A stretch of 64,000 nt of DNA from IMG/VR virus record IMGVR_UViG_3300041955_000884, positions 43,198-107,197 of that record; one strand, 5' to 3'. The notes under the pieces are model-generated. The model was given only the letters and a program-made list of their open reading frames with translations, ran no database searches and was not told the origin of the DNA. Position 1 is the stretch's first letter. Every line of letters begins with the position of its first letter. This stretch comes from a virus. The position numbers and the translations under genes were made by a program. Below, one piece after another: positions 19,345 through 29,674 of this stretch.

Positions 19345-19581
19345 GTGAAACTGCAATCGGTTAAGGACGTCGCCGAGGTGAAGCTCGAAGGCATCGGGAT
19401 CACCGCGATGTACGAGGACAATACCCTCAAGGAGCTTCGGCTCCGCGATGCGAAGGGTGTCTTCATCATCATCAAGCCTGGCGAGAGCTACAGCCAATGC
19501 CTTCGGGTATTCGTCCCGCAGCCGCCGGAGAAGCTCGCCGACGCGCCCGCGGCAGCCATCCCAGACGAGATGCCGTTCTGA
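19345..19581 (+). CDS. Hypothetical protein
   Basis: AAGGAG SD upstream; ends DEMPF. Confidence 0.55.
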   Translation: MKLQSVKDVAEVKLEGIGITAMYEDNTLKELRLRDAKGVFIIIKPGESYSQCLRVFVPQPPEKLADAPAAAIPDEMPF

Positions 19582-20483
19582 TGAGCGCCGCCCTCAGAAC
19601 CGGGAACGGGAAGGGAACCCAGCCAATGGCCCCAGCGCAGTTGAAGGCCGTCCCGACCGCCGCAAAGCCGCCGGCTGGTGGCATGATAACGGCCGTGGAA
19701 CTCATCACGCCGGCCCAAGCCGCCGAGTTCCTGAAACTCAACCGCACCAACCGGCCACTGCGGCAGTCGTGGATTCGCGCCCTCGCCGACATCATCGCCC
19801 GCGGTGAATGGAGGGTGACGCACCAGGGCGTGGCCATCACCAAGGAGAACGAACTCCTGGACGGCCAGCACAGGCTTAACGCGATCGTCCTCTGCGGCGT
19901 CTCGGTCGAGATGAACGTGTCCTACGACTGCGACCCAGCGACCTTCCAGGTCATCGATTCGGGCATCAAGCGGACGAGCGCGGATCACCTGCGCGTTTCG
20001 CCGATGACGGCTGCCGTCGCACGTCTGCTGTGGCGGCTGCCGGCGCCGCGGCTTGGCCGGAGCGCGACATCCCAGCAGTTGGCAGAAGTCCTGACATGGG
20101 CGCAGCCGCTCGTCATCGAGCTGCAGGAGATCGCCAGGACAAAGACGACGCGCACGGGGGCGAACGTCCAAATGCCTTTGGCTGTGCACCTCATGGCTGG
20201 CCGCCGGGAGGTCGTCCCGAAGTTCGCTGCCTTCGTGGCGATGGACAAGGACAACATGCCGCCGAGCATCTGGTCCCTGGTCCAGCAGATGACGGACAAG
20301 AAGGCGTCGGCGTCGCGGGACCAATGGGACTTCGCTTGCCGGGTATGGCGAGCGTTCGACCCCACGAACTGGGACCAGAAGCGCGTCATCCTGAAGTCCA
20401 CCGACGTGGCGCTGGACGAGATGAACCGCGTCGTCGAGGCCTATAAGCGGGCGGTGGCGAGCGGGAAGGCGGTGAGGGCGTGA
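19581..20483 (+). CDS. ParB-like/DGQHR-motif protein
   Basis: ITPAQAAEFL...NRPL...LLDGQHRLNAIV. Confidence 0.7.
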   Translation: MSAALRTGNGKGTQPMAPAQLKAVPTAAKPPAGGMITAVELITPAQAAEFLKLNRTNRPLRQSWIRALADIIARGEWRVTHQGVAITKENELLDGQHRLNAIVLCGVSVEMNVSYDCDPATFQVIDSGIKRTSADHLRVSPMTAAVARLLWRLPAPRLGRSATSQQLAEVLTWAQPLVIELQEIARTKTTRTGANVQMPLAVHLMAGRREVVPKFAAFVAMDKDNMPPSIWSLVQQMTDKKASASRDQWDFACRVWRAFDPTNWDQKRVILKSTDVALDEMNRVVEAYKRAVASGKAVRA

Positions 20484-20755
20484 GCATGGAAGCAGTTTCG
20501 CCGAACGTCGTCATCCTGACGCGACAGGAACTTCGCGAGATTGAGGACGCGGCGTTTAAGCGTGGTGTCGAGCGCGGTATATTCGAGGCGGCAACGCCTC
20601 ACGTCCGCGTCGCCGGCAACTGCGCGAACTGGAGCAATGGCCTCTGCGAGGCCTGTGGCGTTGCCTGGCAATCGTACGAAGTGGCTGCCGACTTCCGTTG
20701 CACCCGGTTCTTGCCGCGTCCGGCGGTGGCGAGCGGGAAGGCGGGGAGGGCGTGA
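20480..20755 (+). CDS. Hypothetical Cys-containing protein
   Basis: Overlapping stop/start coupling. Confidence 0.5.
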   Translation: MSMEAVSPNVVILTRQELREIEDAAFKRGVERGIFEAATPHVRVAGNCANWSNGLCEACGVAWQSYEVAADFRCTRFLPRPAVASGKAGRA

Positions 20756-21045
20756 TGGGCGAAGGACTGAAGCGCGCTCGGGCAGCGGCTCGAGCGAGCC
20801 GGAAGGGGCCGAAGCTAACCGCGCCAGAGGACATAGCGGCGCACTTCGGAGCACAAGCTCCGGTCGGCACGCCGTGCCGATACTATCCGGTCCGTCCATG
20901 CCGGGGCGACAACTTCGTCGAAACGCGTATCCGCTCCGCGCCGTGGATCCTGGGGGATGGTTGCGTCGTCGTCGCGGTCGAGGGCTTGACCGGCGGCAAG
21001 AGCATCGAGCACGTCGTTCTTCTGCCGCCGAAGGCGACCACCTGA
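20755..21045 (+). CDS. Hypothetical protein
   Basis: TGATG coupling on both sides. Confidence 0.55.
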   Translation: MGEGLKRARAAARASRKGPKLTAPEDIAAHFGAQAPVGTPCRYYPVRPCRGDNFVETRIRSAPWILGDGCVVVAVEGLTGGKSIEHVVLLPPKATT

Positions 21046-21590
21046 TGGCCGCAAAAGTCCGCCCCGTCCGTGCCGCGACGCCGCCGCCTGGGAACCTCAT
21101 CAGGACCGGCGCCGGCGACACGGGCTACAAGTTCATGGCTGGCTCCATGGGGGCGGCGGCGACAATCGAGGTGCCCCCGACCAAGTTCGAGGCCGCACCG
21201 GAACTGACAGCGGAGCAGATTGCGGAGCGCGAGCGGGCAGCGGGGATTGAGCCGGAAGGCGTGCCGCCGGCGGCAGGCTACGCTCCGCTAGGAAGACCTA
21301 TCGAGGGTCCAGCCAACTGGAACGCTCTCCAGCCGGGGCCAGTCCAGTTTGTCTCATCGCCGCGGCGCGAGGCTGTCACCGACCTTTCCGGCCTGCCGCA
21401 ACGGTTCACCCTCGATGTGGAGTGCAAGGAGAACGGCTGGTGGGTTGTGCGCTCCCCGGCGCTCCATGCCGGCATTTTCGTCGCGCGTGAGGACATCTGC
21501 GATGCCCTCGCTGAAGCTCCCGGAATAATCGCCGAAATTCTGCGCCTGGACGGCGAGCAGCCGGCGAAGCGGCGGAGGGCGAAGAAATGA
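21045..21590 (+). CDS. Hypothetical protein with a HicB-like C-terminal fold
   Basis: ENGWWVVRSPAL...DICDALAEAPGIIAEIL. Confidence 0.45.
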   Translation: MAAKVRPVRAATPPPGNLIRTGAGDTGYKFMAGSMGAAATIEVPPTKFEAAPELTAEQIAERERAAGIEPEGVPPAAGYAPLGRPIEGPANWNALQPGPVQFVSSPRREAVTDLSGLPQRFTLDVECKENGWWVVRSPALHAGIFVAREDICDALAEAPGIIAEILRLDGEQPAKRRRAKK

Positions 21591-21762
21591 TCGCGGCGGG
21601 TGTTCTCTTGACGAGCCTCGCCACTGCGTGCCTGACCAACTGCGCCTGGGGCGCGATCATGGCGGCAGAACGTAAGTCCGAGGGCCTCGCTTGGTTCGCT
21701 GGTGTCAGCGCAGTCGCGGCGGCTGCTTTGGCCATCGGAGCCGCCACTACGCTGGGGCACGC

Positions 21763-22539
21763 ATGAGCGGCCACGTCATCCTCATCCTCGGCTGCCACAG
21801 ATCGGGCACCAGCTTAGTGGCGCGTTCGATGCGCTGCCTTGGAGGCGACTATGGACGGCGTGCGCTGTGGGCGGCGCCGGATAATCCGGTCGGCTTTTTT
21901 GAAGATCAGGGCGTCCTTAACTTGGACGAGCAAATGCTGCTGGCGCTCGGCTCGCGGTGGGATGACCCAGCGCCGCTGCGTGCCGACTTCGAGAAGACAT
22001 GGCCGTTCCGGTACGCCTTTTTCCCGGACGGCTTGGCGCTTCTGCGGTCGCGGCTCGTCGGCTGCCCGATATTTGTTCTGAAGGAGCCGAGGCTGTGCCG
22101 GCTGCTGCCGTTCTGGCGCGGCGTCCTGGCCGAAGTCGGCTGCCGCGTGTCCGTCGTCCACGTCGTCCGGCATCCCATGGCCGTGATGTCCTCCCTCATG
22201 AGGCGGAACGGCATGCCGCCTGGGAAGGCTTTTATGCTTTGGCTGGCGTACACGAACGAAGCGCGCGCCAACGTCGATCCGGCGTGGGCCTCGGTTTCCG
22301 TCCTCTACGACTACATGGTGCTTTTCCCCAGGTCCATCGTCGAGGACATCGGTGCTGCGCTGGGGCTTGAACCGGACCCGGCAGAGACCAAGCGCTTCGC
22401 CACTGAGTTCGTGGACGATGCGCTGTGGCATGAGGACGCTGACGATGACGACAACCTGCCGCTGGAGGTGCGCGTCGTGTGGGAAAAAGAGCGTGCTGCG
22501 GCCATGCGACCTCTATGCAATAATCCGCAGGCGTGCTAA
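21763..22539 (+). CDS. Sulfotransferase family protein
   Basis: LGCHRSGTS PAPS-binding loop, NPVGFFE, LKEPR, VRHP. Confidence 0.85.
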   Translation: MSGHVILILGCHRSGTSLVARSMRCLGGDYGRRALWAAPDNPVGFFEDQGVLNLDEQMLLALGSRWDDPAPLRADFEKTWPFRYAFFPDGLALLRSRLVGCPIFVLKEPRLCRLLPFWRGVLAEVGCRVSVVHVVRHPMAVMSSLMRRNGMPPGKAFMLWLAYTNEARANVDPAWASVSVLYDYMVLFPRSIVEDIGAALGLEPDPAETKRFATEFVDDALWHEDADDDDNLPLEVRVVWEKERAAAMRPLCNNPQAC

Positions 22540-22578
22540 GGGGCGCTGAACCTCAACCCAGCATCGGAAGGCCACGGC

Positions 22579-23019
22579 ATGGGCCACATGACGCCGAAAA
22601 AGAGAGCGGCTCCAGAAACTGCGCACGTGAAGTGCGCAGCTCCAGATGGAGCAGCGGAAACACCACAGGTCGCCACACAAGGAGCGCCGCGCGCTCTCGA
22701 GGAATTCGCTGCGTTCTTTCTCGGCCAAGTGCGGGCCGTCGTCGAATCGGAAAAGCGTGCTGTCAATGCCGAGGCCGAGCTCAACGCGCTGCGCTTGGCA
22801 ATCCGCCATGAACATGACCGCGACTCGGCGGAGGCGTCGGCTGAAGCGACGAGGGCCGCCGACAGCGAATCACGCTGGACGCGCGAGAACAACGCCGTTC
22901 GCCGCGAAATCGACCGTTGGCGCTCCGGCGCGATCACAGCGCAAGAGGCCGTCGAGAAAATCGCCGGCTTTCTCAACGTGCAGGCGACGGTGCCGACGGC
23001 AGCGAGCGCCAAGCAATGA
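22579..23019 (+). CDS. Hypothetical coiled-coil protein
   Basis: ORF in the plus-strand operon. Confidence 0.5.
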   Translation: MGHMTPKKRAAPETAHVKCAAPDGAAETPQVATQGAPRALEEFAAFFLGQVRAVVESEKRAVNAEAELNALRLAIRHEHDRDSAEASAEATRAADSESRWTRENNAVRREIDRWRSGAITAQEAVEKIAGFLNVQATVPTAASAKQ

Positions 23020-23219
23020 GCGGTGTCCTCAACGGGCTGCGCTTCGCCACGCCCGACAACGCGGTCGCGCTGAGCGTAGACCGCCTGCTGGATGAGCCCG
23101 GTTACCTGCAGTTCAGCCTGTCCGCCGCCTGCGGTATCTGTACAATGGGTATTGATCTTGATGTAGAGGAGGCTCGGCAGCTTCGCGACCTCCTGACTGC
23201 GTTCATCCAGGCGCCATGA
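23016..23219 (+). CDS. Hypothetical protein
   Basis: ATGA overlaps on both sides. Confidence 0.5.
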   Translation: MSGVLNGLRFATPDNAVALSVDRLLDEPGYLQFSLSAACGICTMGIDLDVEEARQLRDLLTAFIQAP

Positions 23220-24154
23220 ATCTCGAGGTCCGAGTCGCGATGAGCGCGACGCCGAGCTTCGTCAACCGCACGCGGCTGCTGGCGGCGTCGGTACGGGAGT
23301 TCTACCCAGATGCGCTCGTGCGGGCGTTCGTGGGCGCGCGCGCGGAGCGTCCTGCCGAAAAGCTGATGCTTGAGCTTGATGGCGATGACATCCAGGTAGA
23401 GTGGGTCGGCGGCCAGCGATTCGATGCCTGGAGGGGGACGAGGAACGAATACGTCGGCACGATGGCGGCGCGTTACGAACCGATGTTCGAGGCCGACTAC
23501 GTCCTGATGCTGGATGCAGATGTAATCTGCCTCAAGCCATTCGATGAGCTGCTCGACGCGAAGGCGCTGTCCGGCGTCCAGGCTCACATCCCGCCGTTCT
23601 CCAACGATGTCTGGGAGCGGCTTCTCGTGGAAAGCGGGTTGCGGCCATTCTGGGCCAAGGAGCATCAGCACACGGGTTGGCAGGCAATGTTTACCGACCC
23701 GGCGATGCGCTTCGGTCCGCCTTACGCAAACACTGGCGTCTTGTTCGGCCCCGCGACGCTGTTTGAGCGCCTGTGGCCAGCCTACGACGCGGCCCTGACG
23801 CGGCTGCGGTCCCAGATGGACACCTACTTCTTCGAGCAGATTGCGCTCACGCTGGCGGCTGCCGAGGCCGGTGTTCCCCTCAACATCGTCCCGCTCCGCT
23901 ACAATTTCCCGAACCAAGCCGAGTTCGACCGGCTCCATCCCGAGGAATTGGCCGACTGCCGGTTCCTGCACTACCTGCGGACGGATACGGTGGACCGGGA
24001 GTGGGATTTCGAGAGCAGGGCGGCGATGGCGCGGCTCGTGGCGCGGCCAGGGCTGACGGGAAGCAACCTTTTGCTCCAGCGGCGCGTCGGGGAGCTGCTG
24101 GGCCGGGTCTGGCCAGCCGATGGATACACGGCGGAGGACGCGCCTTATGCCTAG
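23216..24154 (+). CDS. Glycosyltransferase (GT-A fold, GT8-like)
   Basis: LMLDADV DxD motif, YANTGV, FEQIAL, LRYNF. Confidence 0.75.
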   Translation: MNLEVRVAMSATPSFVNRTRLLAASVREFYPDALVRAFVGARAERPAEKLMLELDGDDIQVEWVGGQRFDAWRGTRNEYVGTMAARYEPMFEADYVLMLDADVICLKPFDELLDAKALSGVQAHIPPFSNDVWERLLVESGLRPFWAKEHQHTGWQAMFTDPAMRFGPPYANTGVLFGPATLFERLWPAYDAALTRLRSQMDTYFFEQIALTLAAAEAGVPLNIVPLRYNFPNQAEFDRLHPEELADCRFLHYLRTDTVDREWDFESRAAMARLVARPGLTGSNLLLQRRVGELLGRVWPADGYTAEDAPYA

Positions 24155-24421
24155 CAACACGGTGGCGCCGGTCCAGCGCGATGTGTTGGCGCCGGCTATC
24201 GCCAGGGCGGCCTGCCGTGGCTGAGGCGCCGTTCAGCCTCCCGACGTGGGAAGCCGTGGACAGCAAGCGAGCGGCCGGCGAGAAGCTGTCGCTTCTGGAG
24301 CAGTTCATCTACGGCAACGAGCCGGCCGGCACGCGCGAGAGCGTTGACGAGTGGCGCGAATCGTTGCGGCTTCTCTTAGAGTGGAACGCCGCAGGGCATC
24401 TGGCGAAGGTCATGCATCGCG

Positions 24422-24661
24422 ATGCCTGACGTCCCGTTCTGTCGCGACTGTCGGCACGTCCGAGTACGCGGTTTCTCCCACAAGGACTGGTGCTTTGCAA
24501 AATGCGCCGTCGCGCCGCTGGATCCACCAGCAATCGATATTGTGAGCGGAGAGGTAACGGCGCCACTGCTCCGATATTGCGACTTCGCGAGAAGCGATGT
24601 CGACTCGTGCGGGCCGACTGGCCGCTTTTTCGAACCGCGCCAGAAGCCGGCCGATGCCTGA
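24422..24661 (+). CDS. Small Cys-rich hypothetical protein
   Basis: FCRDCRH...CGPTGRFFEPR. Confidence 0.55.
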   Translation: MPDVPFCRDCRHVRVRGFSHKDWCFAKCAVAPLDPPAIDIVSGEVTAPLLRYCDFARSDVDSCGPTGRFFEPRQKPADA

Positions 24662-26003
24662 CGTTTCGGTCTGGAGCGAGCGGGCGAAGCGCTGGGGCTG
24701 CGGCTGCGTTGACCTGCGGCTGACGCCGGACAGGTTCGATGCTGGCACCAAGATCGAGTGGGATGGCCTCAGCCAGGGGCTTGACCGCGTCGTACCGAGT
24801 GACTTCCACAGCGACAGGCGGCGTATCCTCGATTTCGGCTGTGGCGCTGGGCGGTTCTGCGGCTTCCTCGCGAGCGGCGGCCACCATGATGTCGTCGGAT
24901 ACGATCCCTGCGCCGAACTCATCGCGCTGGCGGAGCCGACGCCGGGCGTGGAGTTTACGACGGAGATGCCGGCTGGGGAATTTGCTCTGGTATGGTGCTT
25001 CGCCGTCCTCGGCGGCCTGACGGATGCGCAGCTCCCCGAGGCGGCCAGCCAAATCGCGGGGGCGCTGGCGCCGAACGGCACGCTGTTCCTGGCAGAGAAT
25101 ACCGACACGACGGCCTATCAGCGCGGGATATGGCGCATCCGGCCAGATGCGCAGTACGCGGAGTGCTTCAAGGCGGTCGGCGTCGGGCTGGCGGCCATCG
25201 GCGTGCACAGCTCCGGCGGCGCCGACACGACGATGTTCTGCGGGAAGCGTACCACGGGGACGATGGAAATCACCATTGACAATCGTGGGGTCAAGCGGCC
25301 GTTTTTCTGCCGCTGCGGGACATCGGACCAGAACGTGATGAACCAGGTGCTTAGATCGCGGGATCTGGACCTGGAGACGCTGAAGCGCTGGCCGGACATC
25401 GAGCGGTGGCTACAGGCGCATCCGAAGCCCCTCATCGTAGATGCCGGGGCGAACGTCGGGGCGGCATCGGTGTGGTTCGCGCTGAAGTACCCGCAGGCGC
25501 GGATTGTCGCCATTGAACCGGAGCCGTCGAACTTCGCCATGTTGGTGAGGAACGTCATGGGCCTCCGGGTCGAAGTATTCGAAACCGCGCTCCAGGGGCG
25601 CCCTGGATACGTCTCGCTGTTTCACCCGACGGGCGATCCCGTCGATGGCATGGGCCACGCCGCCTTCAGGACGCGCCCGGCGGATTCGTCGTTTGATCCG
25701 CGACGCGTCGGCGGTTCCGTCGCGGGAATTACGATGGAGTGGCCGCTTGTGCTTCCTGGCGTGACGCCCTTCATCGCCAAGCTCGACATCGAGGGCGCCG
25801 AGTCGGACGTGTTCTCCGGCGACACCTCGTGGATCAGCCGCTTCCCGGTGCTCATCGTCGAACTGCACGACGGCATCTATCCAGGGGAGCGGCTATCGCA
25901 GTCCTTCCTCAAGGCCGTGGCGCCCCTGGACAGGGACTTCGTGGTGAGGGGGGAACGGGTGTTCTCGATCGCCAATTGGCTGGGGAGAGAGCCGTGCCGA
26001 TAG
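24654..26003 (+). CDS. Two-domain SAM methyltransferase (class I + FkbM family)
   Basis: ILDFGCGAG in the N-domain; IVDAGANVG, AIEP and KLDIEGAE in the C-domain. Confidence 0.85.
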   Translation: MPDVSVWSERAKRWGCGCVDLRLTPDRFDAGTKIEWDGLSQGLDRVVPSDFHSDRRRILDFGCGAGRFCGFLASGGHHDVVGYDPCAELIALAEPTPGVEFTTEMPAGEFALVWCFAVLGGLTDAQLPEAASQIAGALAPNGTLFLAENTDTTAYQRGIWRIRPDAQYAECFKAVGVGLAAIGVHSSGGADTTMFCGKRTTGTMEITIDNRGVKRPFFCRCGTSDQNVMNQVLRSRDLDLETLKRWPDIERWLQAHPKPLIVDAGANVGAASVWFALKYPQARIVAIEPEPSNFAMLVRNVMGLRVEVFETALQGRPGYVSLFHPTGDPVDGMGHAAFRTRPADSSFDPRRVGGSVAGITMEWPLVLPGVTPFIAKLDIEGAESDVFSGDTSWISRFPVLIVELHDGIYPGERLSQSFLKAVAPLDRDFVVRGERVFSIANWLGREPCR

Positions 26004-27118
26004 ACCCAGCCAGGATGCTCCGCAGTCTCTGCGAGGTCCTGAATAGTGACGTCTGGATCGGCGACGGGCCGATGGCGAAGCGCTGCGAGGCGCTCATCCG
26101 CGAGCAGATCGGCGTCCCGCATGCGTACCTGACGCCGTCGTGCACATCGGCGCTGGAGATGGCCTGCGTCCTGGCCGGCATCGGCCACGGCGACGAGGTC
26201 ATCATGCCGAGCTTCGGGTTCTCGTCGGCTGGAAACGCAGTGGTGCTGCGCGGCGGCGTGCCAGTATTCGTGGACGTGAGGCCGGACACGCTGAACATCG
26301 ACGAAACGCTGGTCGAGGGGGCGATCACGCGGAAGACGAAGGCGATTATCGTGGTGCACTACGCCGGGGTCATGTGCGAAATGCCGGCGATCTACGGCGT
26401 CGTTGGTCCGCAGGTGCTCATCATCGAGGATGCTGCGCAGGCCTATCTGTCGCGCTACCAAAACCTTGCCGCTGGCACATGGGGCGACATCAGCGCATTC
26501 AGCTTCCACCAGACGAAGAACATCCGCTGCGGCGAGGGCGGTGCGTTGACGCTTCCAGAGGGAGGGATTGGCGACGAATTCGCAACACGCGCCGAAGTCC
26601 TCCGCGAGAAGGGCACCGACCGCGCCGCCTTCCTCCGCGGCGAGGTCCAGCGCTACACCTGGACGGACGTCGGCTTCTCCGGGGTCGTCAGCGAGTTCCA
26701 GGCGGCGGTGCTGCTGGCGCAGCTCGAGCGGGCGAAGGAAATCACGGAGCGGCGGCTGGCGCTGTGGGACCGCTATCACCACGCCATGACCAACCTCGAC
26801 TACTGGGGCAAGGTGAGGCGCCCAACGGTCCCTCCGCACTGCCAGCACAACGGCCATATCTACCGCATTCTGCTGCCCACGCAAGCCGAGCGCGACCGCA
26901 TTCTCGCTGCACTGAATGCCGACGGGGTGAAGGCAAGTTTCCACTTTCAGGCATTGCACTCCGCTCCCGCAGGATTGCGCTACGGACGCGTTTCTGGTTC
27001 AATGGCCGTCACGGACTCGGTTTGCGGCCGGCTGCTGCGCATGCCGCTTAGCCATGCCACGACGGAGGAAGACGTCGACAGGGCAGTGGACAGGCTGGAG
27101 AAGGCGCTGCGGGGATGA
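25994..27118 (+). CDS. DegT/DnrJ/EryC1/StrS sugar aminotransferase (WecE/RffA-like)
   Basis: TPSCTSALEMA, VVHYAG, IEDAAQ, SFHQTKNIRCGEGG (PLP lysine). Confidence 0.92.
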   Translation: MPIDPARMLRSLCEVLNSDVWIGDGPMAKRCEALIREQIGVPHAYLTPSCTSALEMACVLAGIGHGDEVIMPSFGFSSAGNAVVLRGGVPVFVDVRPDTLNIDETLVEGAITRKTKAIIVVHYAGVMCEMPAIYGVVGPQVLIIEDAAQAYLSRYQNLAAGTWGDISAFSFHQTKNIRCGEGGALTLPEGGIGDEFATRAEVLREKGTDRAAFLRGEVQRYTWTDVGFSGVVSEFQAAVLLAQLERAKEITERRLALWDRYHHAMTNLDYWGKVRRPTVPPHCQHNGHIYRILLPTQAERDRILAALNADGVKASFHFQALHSAPAGLRYGRVSGSMAVTDSVCGRLLRMPLSHATTEEDVDRAVDRLEKALRG

Positions 27119-27642
27119 CACTCTCGGTCCAGCACCAGGCGCTCACTATGGCCGTGACGCAGGACGCGCTCCGGCAGGCGCAGGCCATTTTGGAGCGCGC
27201 TGGTCTGTCGGTCGAGGGCGCCTTCTTCGCCCTGGTCGTCGTGCCGAAGGACGGCGCCATCTTCGAGACGGTCTACTCCTGCATTTGGCCGGACGGACTC
27301 GGCGAGACAGTTGATGCAGCGATAGCGGAGATTATCGCGACGAAGCCAGTTGCGGCCGCAGATGCAAGGAACGCCGCGCAGTGGGCGAGCGCCAGGGCGG
27401 CCGGATGGAAACCTAGCGCCCCGGTACGGCCCGCAGCACCAGAACCAACCGGCACCGAACCGCGAAAAGGCACCGCCGAGGAATTCAGCTTCACGGTGCC
27501 GCCAGCGGCCGCGCCGCAGCCATCGGCCGCTTGGTACTGGCGCCTGCCGTGGTGGGCCGCATCCGCGCTGCTCGGGCTTTTCCTCTTGGCTGGAATTGGC
27601 GTTGCGGCGCTCATCGCTGCGGTCGTTCAGGAGATACCATGA
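27115..27642 (+). CDS. Hypothetical membrane-anchored protein
   Basis: C-terminal hydrophobic helix. Confidence 0.55.
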   Translation: MTLSVQHQALTMAVTQDALRQAQAILERAGLSVEGAFFALVVVPKDGAIFETVYSCIWPDGLGETVDAAIAEIIATKPVAAADARNAAQWASARAAGWKPSAPVRPAAPEPTGTEPRKGTAEEFSFTVPPAAAPQPSAAWYWRLPWWAASALLGLFLLAGIGVAALIAAVVQEIP

Positions 27643-27911
27643 TAACCATGCCGGAACGTGGCCCAGTCAGCGATGTACTCGCGGAGGTGGGCGGCGAAGT
27701 CGTGGACGCCGAGAAGATGTGGCCGCCAATGAACAGCGCGCACGAAGCCTACGCCGTTCTTCTCGAGGAGGTGGACGAACTAAAGGCCCACGTCTGGATG
27801 CACCAGCGGCATCGAGACATGCCAGGCATGCGGAAGGAGGCCATTCAGGTGGCGGCGATGGCCGTCCGCTTCATCCGCGACGTCTGCGACCTGCACCAGG
27901 GCCGGAAATGA
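27639..27911 (+). CDS. MazG-like nucleotide pyrophosphohydrolase
   Basis: LLEEVDEL...KEAIQVAAMA. Confidence 0.65.
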   Translation: MITMPERGPVSDVLAEVGGEVVDAEKMWPPMNSAHEAYAVLLEEVDELKAHVWMHQRHRDMPGMRKEAIQVAAMAVRFIRDVCDLHQGRK

Positions 27912-28141
27912 GCGACACCGCCAGCACCGTCGCCATCGTGCCCGGGCGCCCGATACCCTGGGAGCTAAAGCAAGCCGCCTACGAGGAAGGACGCCGCGCC
28001 CGTACCGAGAAAATCGGCCCCATTATCAAGGCCTTCCACACCCGCCAGCGCAAGAAGCTCGAAGCCGCCGGCGTGGATATGATGGACCCAGACGCGATTG
28101 CCGAGGCCATGCGGAACATGGTAGAGGACGAGCCGGATTGA
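27908..28141 (+). CDS. Hypothetical protein
   Basis: ATGA coupling. Confidence 0.5.
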   Translation: MSDTASTVAIVPGRPIPWELKQAAYEEGRRARTEKIGPIIKAFHTRQRKKLEAAGVDMMDPDAIAEAMRNMVEDEPD

Positions 28142-28575
28142 GCGACACGAAGCCAATGAATCCCAAGGACATCATCGGCAGCGACAAGCTCCCGCTACAT
28201 CTCTGGCCGACCACGGCAACGGCGCTCGGCTGCCTCGCCTTCCTGGATGGCGCCCTCAAGTACGGCCGCAGCAACTTCCGCGTCGTCGGTGTCGGGGCGT
28301 CTATCTACTATGACGCCGCAAAGCGCCATCTCGATGCCTGGTTCGAAGGCGAGGAGGAAGACCCGCAAAGCGGCCTGCCGCACCTCGCCCATGCGTTGGC
28401 CTGTATCGCCATCATGGTTGACGCCGCCGCCGCCGGGAAGCTCAACGATGACCGCATGGCGCCCGGTGGCTACCGTGCCCAGGTCGAGGCGCTGACGCCG
28501 CATGTGGCGCGGCTGAAGGCGCTTCACGCCGGTCATGCGCCGCAACACTACACGATCAAACAGGGGCCGACATGA
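28138..28575 (+). CDS. dATP/dGTP diphosphohydrolase domain protein (DUF5664-like)
   Basis: NPKD...GALKYGRSNFR...RHLDAWFEGEEEDPQSGLPHLAHA. Confidence 0.85.
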   Translation: MSDTKPMNPKDIIGSDKLPLHLWPTTATALGCLAFLDGALKYGRSNFRVVGVGASIYYDAAKRHLDAWFEGEEEDPQSGLPHLAHALACIAIMVDAAAAGKLNDDRMAPGGYRAQVEALTPHVARLKALHAGHAPQHYTIKQGPT

Positions 28576-29036
28576 AGCCGAGCGTCTATCTCGCAGGACC
28601 GATTGCCGGGCTGCATTACGATGCCGCGCAGGACTGGCGCAGCGCAGTGCGTGATGCCCTGGCGCCAGAAATTGACGCCTTTTCACCCCTGCGGTCGAAA
28701 GAGTATCTGCGGAAAGAGGGCGTCCTTCGCGACCAATACGCCTATGCGCCGCTTTCCAGCGACCGCGGCATCACGACGCGCGACCATTTCGACTGCCAGC
28801 GGTGCGACATCATCTTCTGCAATCTTCTCGGCGCCAATTCCGTGAGCATCGGGACGGTCATGGAAATCGCGTGGTCCTACTCCTATAGCAAGCCCCTCGT
28901 GCTTCTGATGGAGCCGAGCGGAAACATCCACGACCATCCGATGGTTCGCGAGGCCACAGGCTTCCGCGTCGAGAGCCTTGAACAAGGTGTCGAAATCGCG
29001 CGCGCCGTGCTTCTGCCGCGCCGTCCGGGGGCCTAA
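28572..29036 (+). CDS. Nucleoside 2-deoxyribosyltransferase-like protein
   Basis: VYLAGPI, RDHFD, SIGTVMEIAW. Confidence 0.8.
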   Translation: MKPSVYLAGPIAGLHYDAAQDWRSAVRDALAPEIDAFSPLRSKEYLRKEGVLRDQYAYAPLSSDRGITTRDHFDCQRCDIIFCNLLGANSVSIGTVMEIAWSYSYSKPLVLLMEPSGNIHDHPMVREATGFRVESLEQGVEIARAVLLPRRPGA

Positions 29037-29142
29037 CGGCTCGCTTCCTCTGGATGCCCGTAGACGGGAGGGCCGGTATCGAAGCCGTCTCCGTCCTCGA
29101 CGCGCTTCCGATGCCGAGGCGGCGGCTTCCAGAACCAAGCCG

Positions 29143-29520
29143 TCAGAAGCCGCGGCCGAGCGACGCGCAGAGGACACGGTTTCCATACCAACAAGCCCAC
29201 GAAACGCCGGTGGGATTATCCTCCGATGTCCGCGAGAAAGCCGTCACCGGCGCCGGCTCCCAGGCGTCCGGCGCCGTCGGGCCGTAGATGTCTTTGCTGA
29301 TCCACGCCTCGTAACCCGAAGGCGACGTGTCGCTGGGGCGGACGATCGTTGGACGGCAATCGCTTTCGATCCCGCAGCAGGGGAAGCCGGTCGTGTCATG
29401 CCAGGAATGCACCCAGTCGGCGATGGGGCCTGTCGGGCTGACGCCAGGCGGCGGCGCTGCGAAGGCGGGATCTCCGCAGGCGCGGAGCAGGAACAGCAGC
29501 GGCAGCAGCCAGCGCGTCAT
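29143..29520 (-). CDS. Secreted Cys-rich hypothetical protein
   Basis: Signal-peptide-like N-terminus; CCGIESDC. Confidence 0.6.
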   Translation of the reverse strand: MTRWLLPLLFLLRACGDPAFAAPPPGVSPTGPIADWVHSWHDTTGFPCCGIESDCRPTIVRPSDTSPSGYEAWISKDIYGPTAPDAWEPAPVTAFSRTSEDNPTGVSWACWYGNRVLCASLGRGF

Positions 29521-29674
29521 GGTTTTCCCCCGGTGGGTGCCGGCCAGCTACAGCGCCAGTCACGGCGGTTGCGGAACAGCTTCCAGACTTCAAGCACAAG
29601 GCGCGTCAGGGAGCAACAGAGAATCGGCAGGCAGACGAACAACGCAACGCCGTCGGCCACGCGCTCGCCGACGG

